Positions 25,778 through 40,300 of a DNA stretch of 64,000 nt are shown here, piece after piece. Under the pieces are notes generated by a model. That model was not told the DNA's origin, ran no database searches, and worked only from the letters and a program-made list of their open reading frames with translations. The translations under genes and the position numbers were made by a program. The stretch's first letter is position 1; each line of letters opens with the position of its first letter. Origin of the DNA: an uncultured Thalassospiraceae bacterium (lineage in GTDB: Bacteria; Pseudomonadota; Alphaproteobacteria; Rhodospirillales; 2-02-FULL-58-16); assembly GCA_964632795.1 (NCBI GenBank), contig CAZWEZ010000005.1, positions 314 through 64,313 of the forward strand. Direction: 5' to 3'.

Positions 25778-27208
25778 ATGGCGGCGGATGAACTCGCATA
25801 TCTCGATGCTACATCATTGGCCGAACTCGTAAGACGTCGAGAAGTCAAGCCGATTGAACTGGTGGAGTCGGCCATTGAACGTGTAGAGCGTCTTAATGGG
25901 GTGCTGAACGCGGTGATAACACCCATGTTCGAGCTTGCGCGTGAAGCGGCGGCAGACCGAGACAACGATGGGCCATTCAATGGTGTTCCATTTCTGCTGA
26001 AGGATTTAGTAGCCGAATACGCCGGTGTTCGATTCTCGGAAGGCTCCGCCTATTTGGCGGATTTCACACCCAAGCAAGATAGTGAGTTAGTCATTCGGCT
26101 CAAGAATTCCGGTTTGATCATAATCGGCAAATCCAACACATGTGAGTTTGGTCTCCTGAATACGACGGAGCCGAGTTTCTTCGGCCCGACGAGAAATCCT
26201 TGGGACGTGGAGCGAACGCCTGGAGGGTCGAGCGGTGGCTCGGCTGCTGCCGTGGCTGCCGGTCTGGTACCCATGGCCCATGGCAATGACGGAGGCGGGT
26301 CGATTCGGATACCCGCGTCTTGCTGTGGCGTTTTCGGTCTGAAACCCTCACGAGGGCGAAATCCACTCGGGCCATTGTTCGGAGACGCCTTGAGCGGGCT
26401 GGTTGCAGAACACGCTTTAACTCGGTCTGTACGGGACAGCGCAGCACTTCTAGATGCGACAAGTGGACCAGATTTGGGTGATCCATACTGGGCACCGACA
26501 CCCTCGCGTCCTTTTCTTCACGAGGTCAACACCGCTCCAGGGAACTTGCTGATCGCCTACACGACAAAAGCTCCGGGGGGAGCGAAGGTTGCGCCGGAAT
26601 GCATCGAAGCTGCCACTGACGCGGCAAAATTGTGCGAGGAGCTAGGCCACACCGTTGAAATCTCAGACACGGCCCTGAATCATGACATCCCGAATGATGC
26701 GCTCGATGTCCTCTGGTGCGGTTATGCAGCGTGGGTCGCCGAGCATTGGAATAGGAGAACGGGCCGACCACCAACATCAGAGAATGTAGAACCACTTACG
26801 TGGACGCTTATGGAGAAGGGGCGCCAATACAGCGCGGGCGACTACTTGCAGGCCGTCGAGGATCTTCAGAGATTTGCCCGTGAGGCGGCACAACGGTTCG
26901 ATCCCTACGACATGGTGCTCCGTCCGACATTGGCCGAACCGCCCATCCCCCTGGGAAGCATGGAGTGCACGCCCGATGAACCGCTACGCGGTTGGATTCG
27001 CGCGGACGATTTTGCCCCCTTTTCGAGTATCGAGAACATCACGGGCCAACCGGCAATGTCCGTACCTCTTTATTGGAGCAATGAAGGCTTGCCCATCGGA
27101 AGTCAGTTCAGTGCGAAATATGGCGATGAGGCTACGCTGTTTCGCCTCGCTGGTCAGCTCGAAGAAGCAAGACCGTGGATACATCGACGTCCTCCAGTAA
27201 CTGCGTAA
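25778..27208 (+). CDS. Amidase (amidase-signature family)
   Basis: GAGGGAGAA precedes ATG 25778. The amidase signature is [45 protein letters not shown]. The gene looks clearly less GC-rich than its neighbours. Confidence 0.9.
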   Translation: MAADELAYLDATSLAELVRRREVKPIELVESAIERVERLNGVLNAVITPMFELAREAAADRDNDGPFNGVPFLLKDLVAEYAGVRFSEGSAYLADFTPKQDSELVIRLKNSGLIIIGKSNTCEFGLLNTTEPSFFGPTRNPWDVERTPGGSSGGSAAAVAAGLVPMAHGNDGGGSIRIPASCCGVFGLKPSRGRNPLGPLFGDALSGLVAEHALTRSVRDSAALLDATSGPDLGDPYWAPTPSRPFLHEVNTAPGNLLIAYTTKAPGGAKVAPECIEAATDAAKLCEELGHTVEISDTALNHDIPNDALDVLWCGYAAWVAEHWNRRTGRPPTSENVEPLTWTLMEKGRQYSAGDYLQAVEDLQRFAREAAQRFDPYDMVLRPTLAEPPIPLGSMECTPDEPLRGWIRADDFAPFSSIENITGQPAMSVPLYWSNEGLPIGSQFSAKYGDEATLFRLAGQLEEARPWIHRRPPVTA

Positions 27209-27385
27209 AAGGCCGCCTCTGGCTAATCCCGGTCCTGACACTCCCTCTGGCCAAACGTCGGTTCCCGAGGGGTATGCTGACATTACACGTTGGTGGCCCG
27301 TTATGTCCGCTTCGCTCACGCGCGGACATCCCCAAGCAAAGCCATGACCCGACCGGAAGGCTTCGGTTGAGACCTCGCCCCCCTT

Positions 27386-28192
27386 TCAGGGCAGGTCGCG
27401 GAGCACGCGCAGGCCGATGCCGTAGCTTCTGACCCGGGCGTCGATCTTGAAGCGCCAGGCGGAGCGGACGTTCTTGGAGAAATAGTACCACGAGCCGCTG
27501 CGCGTGAGGCGCAGCGCGCAGTCGCCCTCCAGCCGCGCCGAGCCGTCGGTCGGGGCGTCGACGTGGTTGGGGTTCCAGCAGTCCTCGGTCCATTCCCAGA
27601 TGTTGCCGTGCATGTCGTAGAGGCCGAACGGGTTGGCCTCGAACGAGCCCACCGGGGCCGAGCCCTTCTTGCTCCATTTGCTGCCGCAGTCGCGGCAGTT
27701 GGCGCGGTTCACCCCCACCTCGTCGCCCCACCAGTAGGCGGTGGTGGTGCCGGCCCGCGCCGCGTACTCCCATTCGGCCTCGCTGGGCAGGCGGTAGGGC
27801 TGGCCGGTCTCGGCGCCGAGCCAGGCGGCGTAGTCCCTGGCTTCCCGCCAGTCGATGTTGATCACCGGCCGCCGCCCGCGGCCCCAGGTGTGATCGTCGG
27901 GCATCCGGGCGCAGCCCCCGCCATCGACGCAGGCCTGCCATTCGTCGAAGGTGACCTCGTACCTGCCGATGGCGAAGGGCTTGGCGATGGCCACCCGGTG
28001 GGCCGGGCGTTCGTACTTGTGGCGGCCGTCGCTGCCCATGACGTAGCTCCCGGCGGGCACCACCACCATTTCCGGGCACCGGGGACAGTCCCGGAACGCC
28101 TCTCCGGGCCGCGGCTCGCCGCCCCGGGCGGGGGCGGCGGAAAGGACGAGGAGGAACCCCAGGGCGAAACCGCGTATCCATCGAGCGTTCAT
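27386..28192 (-). CDS. Secreted formylglycine-generating-enzyme (FGE/SUMF1, DUF323) family protein, NirV-like
   Basis: The start at CAT 28190-28192 gives the signal peptide MNARWIRGFALGFLLVLSAAPARG. Motifs are RLPSEAEWEYAARAG, HGNIWEWTEDCW and RSGSWY. The upstream 640 codons of ORF 27386..30112 are an artefact. Confidence 0.85.
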   Translation of the reverse strand: MNARWIRGFALGFLLVLSAAPARGGEPRPGEAFRDCPRCPEMVVVPAGSYVMGSDGRHKYERPAHRVAIAKPFAIGRYEVTFDEWQACVDGGGCARMPDDHTWGRGRRPVINIDWREARDYAAWLGAETGQPYRLPSEAEWEYAARAGTTTAYWWGDEVGVNRANCRDCGSKWSKKGSAPVGSFEANPFGLYDMHGNIWEWTEDCWNPNHVDAPTDGSARLEGDCALRLTRSGSWYYFSKNVRSAWRFKIDARVRSYGIGLRVLRDLP

Positions 28193-28252
28193 GGTCCAAA
28201 GACAGGTAGCTACCACGGCCCGATCCGTCAAGCGTCCCGGATAGCCTGGGGA

Positions 28253-28266
28253 TTGACCCCCATCAA
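28253..28266. promoter_or_regulatory. FNR/Dnr/NnrR-type box TTGAC-CCCC-ATCAA
   Basis: The site matches TTGAT-N4-ATCAA at 9 of 10 positions. Its centre lies ~31-36 nt upstream of a TAATAT hexamer (28290-28295) and 80 nt upstream of the nnrS ATG. It is also 67 nt upstream of the divergent FGE-like gene. Confidence 0.5.
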
Positions 28267-28339
28267 GACACGGCGCCCGGACAACTGCTAATATCCCGTT
28301 CCGAACTTTCCGCCGACTCCTGCCGGAGCGCCGATTCGG

Positions 28340-29515
28340 ATGCCCCAACCGATCACCATCCTGGCCTATGGTTTCCGCCCCTTCTTCCTCCTCGCGGGCC
28401 TCTACGGGGTGTTGTCCATGGCCTTCTGGCTGTTGGTCCTCGCGGGCGGGCCGGACGTTTCGCCGACCATCGCGCCGCAGCTCTGGCACGGCCACGAGAT
28501 GCTGTTCGGCTTCGCCGCCGCGGCGGTCAGCGGTTTTCTGTTGACGTCGGTCCCCAGTTGGACCAACTCGCCCCCGGCAACCGGCCCCTGGCTGGCCCTG
28601 CCGGTGGTCCTGTGGATTGCCGGGCGGGCCGCCATGTGGCTGGCCGGTGTGCTTCCCCCGGTGGTGACGGCTGTCGCCGATTTGTCCCTGATCCCGGTCC
28701 TGTTCCTGATGGTGGGGCCCCGGATCCTGGGCTGCGGACAGCGCCGGAACTACATCTTCCTGGTCCTTCTGGGGGTGCTGTTCGCGGCCAACCTGCTGTT
28801 CCACCTGGAGGCCCTGGGGGTGAGCGGGGATACGGCGCGCGGCGGTCTCAAGCTGGCGGTCTACGGCTACATCCTGATGCTGTCGGTGGTCGCCGGACGG
28901 ATCATACCCTTCTTCACCGCCAACGCCCTCAAGGGACAGGGCGAGGACGTCGAGATCCGCCCCAACCCGGTCCTCGAAATCCTGGCCCTGGTGGTGATGG
29001 CCGCCTACATGGCCAGCGACCTGGCCGAGGTCGCCGAATCGATCCGTGGCGGGCTGGCCTTCGCCACCCTGCCGATCCTGCTGCTGCGGATGGCCAATTG
29101 GCGAACCGCGAAGACGCTGGGCATCCCGATCCTGTGGATCATCCACCTCGGCTACCTGTGGCTGCCGGTGGGGTTCGCCAGCCTCGGGGCGGCCCACCTG
29201 GGCGCCGCCGTGCCCATCACCATGGGACTTCACGCGCTGACCACCGGCGCCGTCGGGACCATCGTCATGGCGGTGATGACGCGCGCCGGGCTGGGCCATA
29301 CCGGGCGCCCGCTGGTGGTCCCGTGGCCGATCGTCGCGGCCTATCTGCTGGTCACCCTGGCCGCCCTGTTCCGCACCGCAGCACCGTTGAGCGATGCCGG
29401 CTACGACATCCTGATCATCGCCGCCGGCGGCGCGTGGTCGGCGGCCTATGGGGTGTTCACGGTGGTCTACTGGCCGCTCCTGACCCGTCCGCGCATCGAC
29501 GGCAAGCCCGGTTGA
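28340..29515 (+). CDS. nnrS: NnrS family haem/copper membrane protein (NO-response)
   Basis: The product begins MPQPITILAYGFRPFFLLAGLYGVLSMAFWL...LWHGHEMLFGFAAAAVSGFLLTSVPSWT. It is a 391-aa polytopic protein. Confidence 0.9.
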   Translation: MPQPITILAYGFRPFFLLAGLYGVLSMAFWLLVLAGGPDVSPTIAPQLWHGHEMLFGFAAAAVSGFLLTSVPSWTNSPPATGPWLALPVVLWIAGRAAMWLAGVLPPVVTAVADLSLIPVLFLMVGPRILGCGQRRNYIFLVLLGVLFAANLLFHLEALGVSGDTARGGLKLAVYGYILMLSVVAGRIIPFFTANALKGQGEDVEIRPNPVLEILALVVMAAYMASDLAEVAESIRGGLAFATLPILLLRMANWRTAKTLGIPILWIIHLGYLWLPVGFASLGAAHLGAAVPITMGLHALTTGAVGTIVMAVMTRAGLGHTGRPLVVPWPIVAAYLLVTLAALFRTAAPLSDAGYDILIIAAGGAWSAAYGVFTVVYWPLLTRPRIDGKPG

Positions 29516-29526
29516 TACCAAGGGCG

Positions 29527-30222
29527 CTAACCGGCGTCGTTGCCCAGGCAGTAGCGTTGCAGGTCGGCGATGTCGTGGAGTTCGACCTGGTGGCCGTGGG
29601 TGGAGACGCCGTATTTCCTGAGCTTGGCCAGGGCCCGCGAAAGGCTTTCCGGTTTCATCCCCAGGCGGGCGGCGACCAGGGTCTTGTCGTAGGGGAGCCG
29701 GACCACCGCCTTGCCGTCCTTGGCGCCGCTGAGCTCGAGCAGGAACTCGCCCAGGCGCTGGGGCGTCGAGCGGGCCTGCAACTGTTCGATATGCAGGACC
29801 AGCCCCCGGAGCCTGAGCGACAGCGAGCCTATCATCTTGAGGCACAGATCGCCGTCCCGGCGCAGCAGGGAGAGGAACGCCGCCGCCGGGATCTCCAGCA
29901 ACCGGGCGTCTTCCACCACCTCGGCGCTGGCCGGGAAGTCCTTGCCCAGGAAGATCGCCGCCTCGGCCACGGTCTCCCCGGGCTTGAGGATGGCGATCAC
30001 CGTCTGCTCGCCCTCGGCGGTGTCGCGGAATATCTTCAGCCAGCCCGCGAGCAGCAGGTAGAAGCGGTCGGCGGGCTCGCCGCGCACGAACAGCAGCTTG
30101 CCCCGGGGGCATTCGATGACCCGCGCCTCGGCGAACAGGCTGCCCAGGACGTCCTCGGCCAGACCCGCGAACATCGGCGCGTTGCGGACGACCTTCAAGT
30201 CCTTGGCGTCGAACGACTTCAT
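29527..30222 (-). CDS. Crp/Fnr-family regulator, Dnr/NnrR-type (no N-terminal Cys cluster)
   Basis: There is a cNMP-binding-like fold (RGEPADRFYLLLAGWLKIF) and an HTH with the E--SR recognition motif (MKPESLSRALAKL). The FNR-type N-terminal Cys cluster is absent. The start is CAT 30220-30222. Confidence 0.9.
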   Translation of the reverse strand: MKSFDAKDLKVVRNAPMFAGLAEDVLGSLFAEARVIECPRGKLLFVRGEPADRFYLLLAGWLKIFRDTAEGEQTVIAILKPGETVAEAAIFLGKDFPASAEVVEDARLLEIPAAAFLSLLRRDGDLCLKMIGSLSLRLRGLVLHIEQLQARSTPQRLGEFLLELSGAKDGKAVVRLPYDKTLVAARLGMKPESLSRALAKLRKYGVSTHGHQVELHDIADLQRYCLGNDAG

Positions 30223-30287
30223 GGAACCGCGTACCGCCGGGGCATTTCCAGTTGGGCTTCGCGGGACATCATAGACCCTCGAGCGTC

Positions 30288-31127
30288 CTACAAGGAGAAT
30301 TGCATCTCGATGTCGGCCAGGCCGGCCTTGGCTCCCTGGGGCACGTGGTAGGGCGGACGCTGGCCCAGATAGAGGATGCCCAGGTTGAACCCGTCGTCGC
30401 CCATCAGGCGCTTGCCGGCCCGCTCCGGGTCGCTGGTCGGTTCGACCGGCGCCTTGCGGACGGCGTTCTTCCAATCGCGCTGTTCGGGGCGGTAGGTCAC
30501 GCACGGGGTCAGAATCTGGATGAACGAGAAACCGGGATGGCGGACCGCATCGACGATCAGCTTGGCGACGCCGTTGGGATCGCCGGAGAAGCCGCGGGCG
30601 ATGAAGTTGGCGCCCGCCGCCAGGGCCACGCCCAGGGGCTGGAACGGATTGATCCCGGTGCCGTGCGGGGTCAGCTTGCTGCCTTCCCACTCGGGCGCGG
30701 TGGTCGGCGAGGCCTGGCCCTTGGTCATCCCGTAGACCTGGTTGTCCATGACGATGTAGGTCAGGTCGACGTTGCGCCGGCAGGCGTGGAGGAAGTGGTT
30801 GCCGCCGATCGAGAAGCCGTCGCCGTCGCCCCCCGTGACCAGCACCGTCAGTTCGGGCCGGGCCAGCTTGAGGCCGGCGGCCAGGGCCAGCGAACGGCCG
30901 TGGACGCCGTGGAACCCGTAGACGTTGGTGTAGGCGGGGATGCGCGACGAACAGCCGATCCCCGAGATCACCGCCGCCTCCTCGCGGCCGATACCCAGCA
31001 CCGACAACGCCTTGGTGATCGAGGACAGGACCGAGAAATCGCCGCATCCGGGACACCAGATGGGCTTGTATTCGGACTTGAAGTCCTTGGCGGTGAGGGA
31101 TTGGGTTTGCGGTGAGGCTTTTTCCAT
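30288..31127 (-). CDS. korB: 2-oxoacid:ferredoxin oxidoreductase beta (TPP-binding) subunit
   Basis: Motifs are WCPGCGDFSVL, GGDGDGFSIGGNHF and MDNQVYGMTKGQ. The 2-oxoglutarate specificity implied by the symbol is not proven. Confidence 0.9.
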   Translation of the reverse strand: MEKASPQTQSLTAKDFKSEYKPIWCPGCGDFSVLSSITKALSVLGIGREEAAVISGIGCSSRIPAYTNVYGFHGVHGRSLALAAGLKLARPELTVLVTGGDGDGFSIGGNHFLHACRRNVDLTYIVMDNQVYGMTKGQASPTTAPEWEGSKLTPHGTGINPFQPLGVALAAGANFIARGFSGDPNGVAKLIVDAVRHPGFSFIQILTPCVTYRPEQRDWKNAVRKAPVEPTSDPERAGKRLMGDDGFNLGILYLGQRPPYHVPQGAKAGLADIEMQFSL

Positions 31128-31132
31128 CCGAT

Positions 31133-32866
31133 TCAGCTCCAGTTGACCAGCGCCTCGAGGACCTGCCCCGGGCGGATCGGCAGGGGTCCCGGCTGGTTGA
31201 AGACCTTGACCTCGGCGGGCAGGTCGTAGTGGGCCCGCAGGTAGCGGAAAAACTGCCGGGAGTGGCTCTGCTCGACCACCAGCACCCGCTCGACGCCCTC
31301 GATCGCCGCCTGGAAGCGCTCGACCTGGGCCGGAGCCAACAGGCGCATCGAGACCAGCCGGGCGTCGAGGCCCTGGTCGCGGGCCCGGTCCCGGGCCTCC
31401 CGTGACGGCCCGGTGGAGGACCCCCAGGTGACGATGGCCACCTCGCCGTCCCCCGAAACGTCGGCCCAGTGGTCGCCGTAGTCGTGGTTGTCCAGCTTGC
31501 GCTGGCGCTTCTCAAGCTGCTCCAGGTGATCCTCGGACTGGCTGGACGGCCTGCCGTTGGGGGTGTGCTCGAGGCCGTCGGCGACGTATTCGCCGCCCGG
31601 CGTCCCGGGGATCGCCATCGGCGAGACTCCCGAATCGGTCACCGCGTAGCGGCGGTAGCCGGTGACCCCGGCGGCGGCGATTTCGCGCTTGCCCGCGAAG
31701 GCGAGGTCCGCCGGACGCTCGAAGACCGTCCGCGTCTGGCCCAGCGACTGGTCGGTGAGGAAGATGGCCGGGGTCTGCAGGACCTCTGCCAGATGCACCG
31801 ACCAGTGGGCGGTGAACAGGCAGTCCTCGACCGAATTCGCCGCCGTCACCAGGTGCGGGGCGTCGCCGTGCAGGCCGTACAGGGCGATGTTGAGGTCGCT
31901 CTGTTCCGACTTGGTCGGAATCCCGGTCGACGGGCCGCCGCGCATCACGTTGACGATGACCACCGGAACCTCCGAGGCCACCGCCAGGCCGATGCTCTCC
32001 ATCATCAGGGCCAGTCCCGGGCCCGAGGTGGCGGTCAGCGACGGCACGCCGCCGAAGGAACCGCCGATGATCATGTTGATCGAGGCCAGCTCGTCCTCGG
32101 CCTGGACCAGGACGCCGCCCAGCTTCTCGAGGTTGGGGGCCAGCCATTCCAGGACTTCGGTGGCCGGGGTGATGGGATAGGCGGCGACGAACCGCAGGCC
32201 GCCCCTGATGGCGCCGAGACCGGTGGCTTCGTTGCCGCTGATGTTCCAGCGTTCTCCATCGAGGGTCGAGGCGGGTACCTTGAACGAACACCGGACCCCC
32301 GATTCCCCGAGCGCCGCGCTGCCGGCGCGGATACAGACGATACCGGACTCGACGGCCTCCCTGCCCTTCCTCCCGAGCGCCTTGTCCAGGGTCGCGGCCA
32401 TGGTTTCCAGCGGCAACCCGATCAACGCCGCGACGGCGCCCAGGCCGATCATGTTGGGCCTTCCCCCGGGGATCTCCTTGGCCATCTTCTTGAGCGGTAT
32501 TTCGACGATCCTGGCCCCGGTCGAGGTGATCACCTCGGGCACCTCGCCGGCCGCCGGGTCGCAGATCACCAGGCTGCCGCCATCCAGGGGAAGCTCGGCG
32601 GCGAAGCGTTCGATGTTGGCCCAGTCGAAGGCGACGTGGATCTCGTAGGTGTCGTCCTGGGACATCACCGGGCGGGTGCCGAGGCGGATGTAGGCCGCCG
32701 ATTCGCCGCCCCGGATCTGGGGACCGGCGGCGCGCGCCATCTGGCCGAAGAGGCCGGCCGCGGCGGCGGTCTCGAGAAGGATCTGGCCGGCCGTCACGAC
32801 GCCGGCCCCGCCGGCGCCGGTCATGGCGATGGTTACCGTCTCGGGCGGCGTTCGCTCAACAGCCAT
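31133..32866 (-). CDS. korA: 2-oxoacid:ferredoxin oxidoreductase alpha subunit (fused gamma-alpha type)
   Basis: The start MAVERTPPETVTIAMTGAGGAGVVTAG is at CAT 32864-32866, with an alternative 10 codons upstream. The gene sits 5 nt upstream of korB. Confidence 0.9.
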   Translation of the reverse strand: MAVERTPPETVTIAMTGAGGAGVVTAGQILLETAAAAGLFGQMARAAGPQIRGGESAAYIRLGTRPVMSQDDTYEIHVAFDWANIERFAAELPLDGGSLVICDPAAGEVPEVITSTGARIVEIPLKKMAKEIPGGRPNMIGLGAVAALIGLPLETMAATLDKALGRKGREAVESGIVCIRAGSAALGESGVRCSFKVPASTLDGERWNISGNEATGLGAIRGGLRFVAAYPITPATEVLEWLAPNLEKLGGVLVQAEDELASINMIIGGSFGGVPSLTATSGPGLALMMESIGLAVASEVPVVIVNVMRGGPSTGIPTKSEQSDLNIALYGLHGDAPHLVTAANSVEDCLFTAHWSVHLAEVLQTPAIFLTDQSLGQTRTVFERPADLAFAGKREIAAAGVTGYRRYAVTDSGVSPMAIPGTPGGEYVADGLEHTPNGRPSSQSEDHLEQLEKRQRKLDNHDYGDHWADVSGDGEVAIVTWGSSTGPSREARDRARDQGLDARLVSMRLLAPAQVERFQAAIEGVERVLVVEQSHSRQFFRYLRAHYDLPAEVKVFNQPGPLPIRPGQVLEALVNWS

Positions 32867-32970
32867 CCCTTCGCATTCTCCTCTCGACGCATACATGTTC
32901 GACCCCGGCGTGTCCGTGGACCGGGATATCCCGGTCCATGGGCACGCTGGTCACACCATCTATGAAGTTA

Positions 32971-33297
32971 ATACCAAGGTTCCTATGTATTGACCCTCTG
33001 TGATCGCTTTTCCCGTCCTCCCGGCAGGAGGCGGTGCGCCGGCGATGCGGTGCCATCGTCAAGCGCCGCCGACGCCCCGGGAGGGCGGGAAAAGCGACCC
33101 TCCGGGCGGCTTTCCGAGGCCCCTGGGGGCCGCGCGGGGGCGTCCCCCACATTTGGAATCGGGGGGACACCCCCCGGGGGCCCCCCGGGCTGCGTTGCGG
33201 GCCGCTTGTGATGCGCCGGCATCACGGCGCGACCCGCGCCTGGCCGGATGACCTCGCGACGCCGTCACAGAGGGTCAATACATAGGAACCTTGGTAT
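32971..33297. repeat. 327-bp element bounded by perfect 33-bp terminal inverted repeats (MITE-like / highly structured)
   Basis: ataccaaggttcctatgtattgaccctctgtga (32971-33003) is the exact reverse complement of 33265-33297. A nested 21-bp stem pairs 33004-33024 with 33077-33097 (20/21). The interior is very GC-rich with G/C homopolymer runs and shows no credible coding frame. Confidence 0.85.
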
Positions 33298-33427
33298 GAG
33301 CGCATGATCGGCCGTGTCCGGCACTCGCAGTCTGCCTGTGGCCCTAAAGCTCCGATGTCCCTAACTTAATCGTCCGGGACGATTTGGCAACAGTAAAAAA
33401 GGCTTTTTCCTACCCGAAAGGGGGGGG

Positions 33428-37024
<3,597 letters not shown>

Positions 37025-37316
37025 TGCCGGAGTTCCTTTTCTGCTTGCCGGGAAAGACTTCCGCCGGCCCCGCGAAACGGGCCGGCGAGGTTTTCGCATG
37101 ATATCATATCGCGGCGCGGAATTGAGCGCGAAAATAAGAGAAGGACGCCCGTGCGGCAAGCCCAAAAGGAACGACTCCATGGCTGAACAATTGAAACGCG
37201 TCTCATAAGTCAAAGAAAACTCAAGTCACCAGCTGAACGAACTTCAGGCAATGAAATCAGTGCTAACCACACTGGTCTAACACGTGGCCATCGCTATGGC
37301 ATGGCAGGATCAGGCA

Positions 37317-40300
37317 TTATTTTTTATTAGGCGGCTTGCTGGAACGAGTCTTCTTGCGGGTAGGCCGTTTCGTTTTACTGGTTAAATGGCCATCCACCAT
37401 CGTCAGTCCAAGGCGGGAAGCCTCTTTTTCTCTGAACCGCGAAATCAGACCAAAGTCGGCCATCGTTAACTCTGTCACTGGAGCTTTTAAAGCGTTTGGT
37501 AGATCAGGGATTTCGTTCCAGCCATGCTGATAATTATTAAAAGAGTCAAGGGAAGTTAAGGTGTGACAGATGGCATCTCTCACAAAACTAGTCAAGTTCT
37601 CTATCCTTGAAGCCAAAATTGGGATATCGCCATCATTGAAAGCGGTGATGACTTTAACGATCCATCCACCGACTGGATGTTCGAGGGAAATGATGGCGAC
37701 ATGTTCTAACAAACCGACTCTGGAATATTTGAATGCAAATGTCGTAGAACGAGGTAATTTCTCAGCAATATATATCGGTTTATTGTTCTTAGTTCGTATT
37801 ATTGAAGATGTGTGATCTTGCTTTTGCCAGTAAATTGCCAGATAAATCTCGTCGATCCATTCGATTTTTTGAATCTGTCGATCAGAAAATAGTTTTTTCG
37901 TGAATTTTTCACACATTCTGAGACGGTCATCTGGATTTATCGCCGCCTCGATAGCTTTGAACAATCTATCATCGGTCTTGCCAAGATTTTTTGGAGATTC
38001 GAAAAATATTAAGTCATGAAGCCCTTCTTGCCTTGAGTCTAATATCTCCACAACCACCGAAATTTCACAAGCCTGTTGCAGAGAAATCAGTTTTCTTTTA
38101 CCGCGCCTTACAATCGGTACAGTCTTCGGTTGGGCAACCCAAAAGTCTTCGATATCAAAAATCTCCGAAAGACGCTGTTTATAAGCCCAACCATCCTGGC
38201 CCTTAGCTATTGCCGTCACAGATAAATGGTTTGAAAGTATATCCACCCACCGATCAGTCACAACACTGGGATCGAATTGCACTCGTGGTGTATAGTGCAT
38301 GTAGTCAATCGAACGACGCGACAATGGTGGTCTAAACGTGTCATCACGGATGTCAATTCTATGAATCTTATTGCCTTTGTAACCTACAAAACCTCCCAAA
38401 TGCATGACAACTCCATGGAAATACAGCATAGCTTTCGGTATTTCTGGGCTTTCTACCTGCGGAAAATCTATTTTATAATAGTAAATATAGTTGTTAATTT
38501 TGCTCCAATCTTCATTACCAGACGCATCTACGTGACAAAGAACATATAAATCACCCTCTATACCGCACCATTCTTGATTTTTTTTAACTACGGGAAAGGA
38601 CTTAAGAACAAACCGACAGTCTTTCGTGCGAATATCTTCGACATCGAAGGTAAACTCTTCGCCTCTTTCCGCTGTGATCTCACAGACCTGCCCAAAATCG
38701 TCGACTTCGATCGTGAATTCGACACGCCGGCACAATTCGCGGACATAGGCCGTCAATTGTCCGGAATTGAGGGCGCTGTCGGGTCTTAGCAGAACCTCGA
38801 TCCGGGTTCCTGGCTCCGTGCGGTCGCCATCTTCGACCACTAAATAACCACGGGGACCGTTGAGAGTAAGTTTAACCGGGTTATCACCCGATTCGGAGGA
38901 CGGTTTGAAGGTCTCAACGGTAACATGGTTCGATACGCCGAATACGGACAGAAAACCGACCCCAAATCGACTAGTCGGGGTAAAGGCGTAACGTTGGCGG
39001 AAGTCTTCCGTCGTGTAATATGATAGGCCGATCTGAAGCAGATGGTGCGATATCACCTGCTCGTCCATGCCGATCCCACAGTCATCAATCACAAGGACTC
39101 GCTGTTCCTCACCATTTCCATTTCCGTCGGTTTCACCGGAACCGCCCGTAATCGAAAGGCGAAGGCGATATCTTTCTCTGACTTCAGCGGGAACCAGTGT
39201 CGGAGACCGTGGCGTTGGTTTACCGGCTTCCTTCAAGTCCTCGTACATCCGGCATCGCATGGCATCCAAGGCGTTCTGAATGAGTTCGCGCACAAAATCC
39301 TTCTCATCTTCGTAGGCATCGAAGATAAGCCGGTTCATCACTTCGGTTTCATCCAGTTGAAATCGCCAATCTTTGATTTGGTATGTTGCGTCAGGCGCTG
39401 AAACGATCTTGATGGTTGGATCGCTACCAGCCATCCGCGCTACCGGAGGTTCCCACACTTTTCGCTCGCTTGGATCGGCAAGCAAATTCGGGATGGCTTC
39501 CACTTCGTTCACGATCCATTGACACCAATCCCGAAGAACCCGGTGTTCCTCCGGATTGCCACATTCCGCATTAACTTCGATTTTCTCCGGCGTCACGGCT
39601 CGATGGCTTATGCTCCGATATTTGGTCCAATGTGCATAACTGTCGTCCGGCAAGGGACAGGCGGCATTCAATAGAAGCGGGCAGGCCCGGTCGGTCCCCA
39701 TGTCGAGCAGGTCGCCCAACCGAAGCAAAATCGCCATAAGCCTGGTATTGACGTTCTCGCCACGTATCTGGGTAAGGATGGGAAACCGAGTCCGGTCATC
39801 GAGTCCATCCGGTGGGAGCCCATGCGCGATGCATACGTTCGCGATGGTCCTTTCCAATTGCGGATCATCGTAGGCGAAACGACCAAGGGCGGATTGATGT
39901 TGGGAAATGACGTCTCCGGCACGCTCATGATGACGCCGACGAACGAAGTCCGCGATCATGAAACGGACTTCCCTATCGGCGATGAAATTTCTTATGACTT
40001 GATTGTCAGGCTCATCACTGTCTCGCATTTCCTTGATTTCGCGCCAGCGCTGTGTACCGCCACCGTCCTGTCCGGTCCATTTTTTCCAGCCGTCAGATTC
40101 CAGGATTTTCTGTTTTTCCTCGTCGGAAGCAACCATACCGCTGTCGTGAAGGTAGGCAGCGACAATAAGAATATAGACTTCGACGGAAGAGAGATTGACG
40201 GTAGGAGTTAGCGAATCGGGAGGGAAAAGCAGATGTGATAGCTGCGTAATTATTGCTTCGCTATGGCCTATTGTGTGTCGGGTGTAATGCGGAAAGGTCT

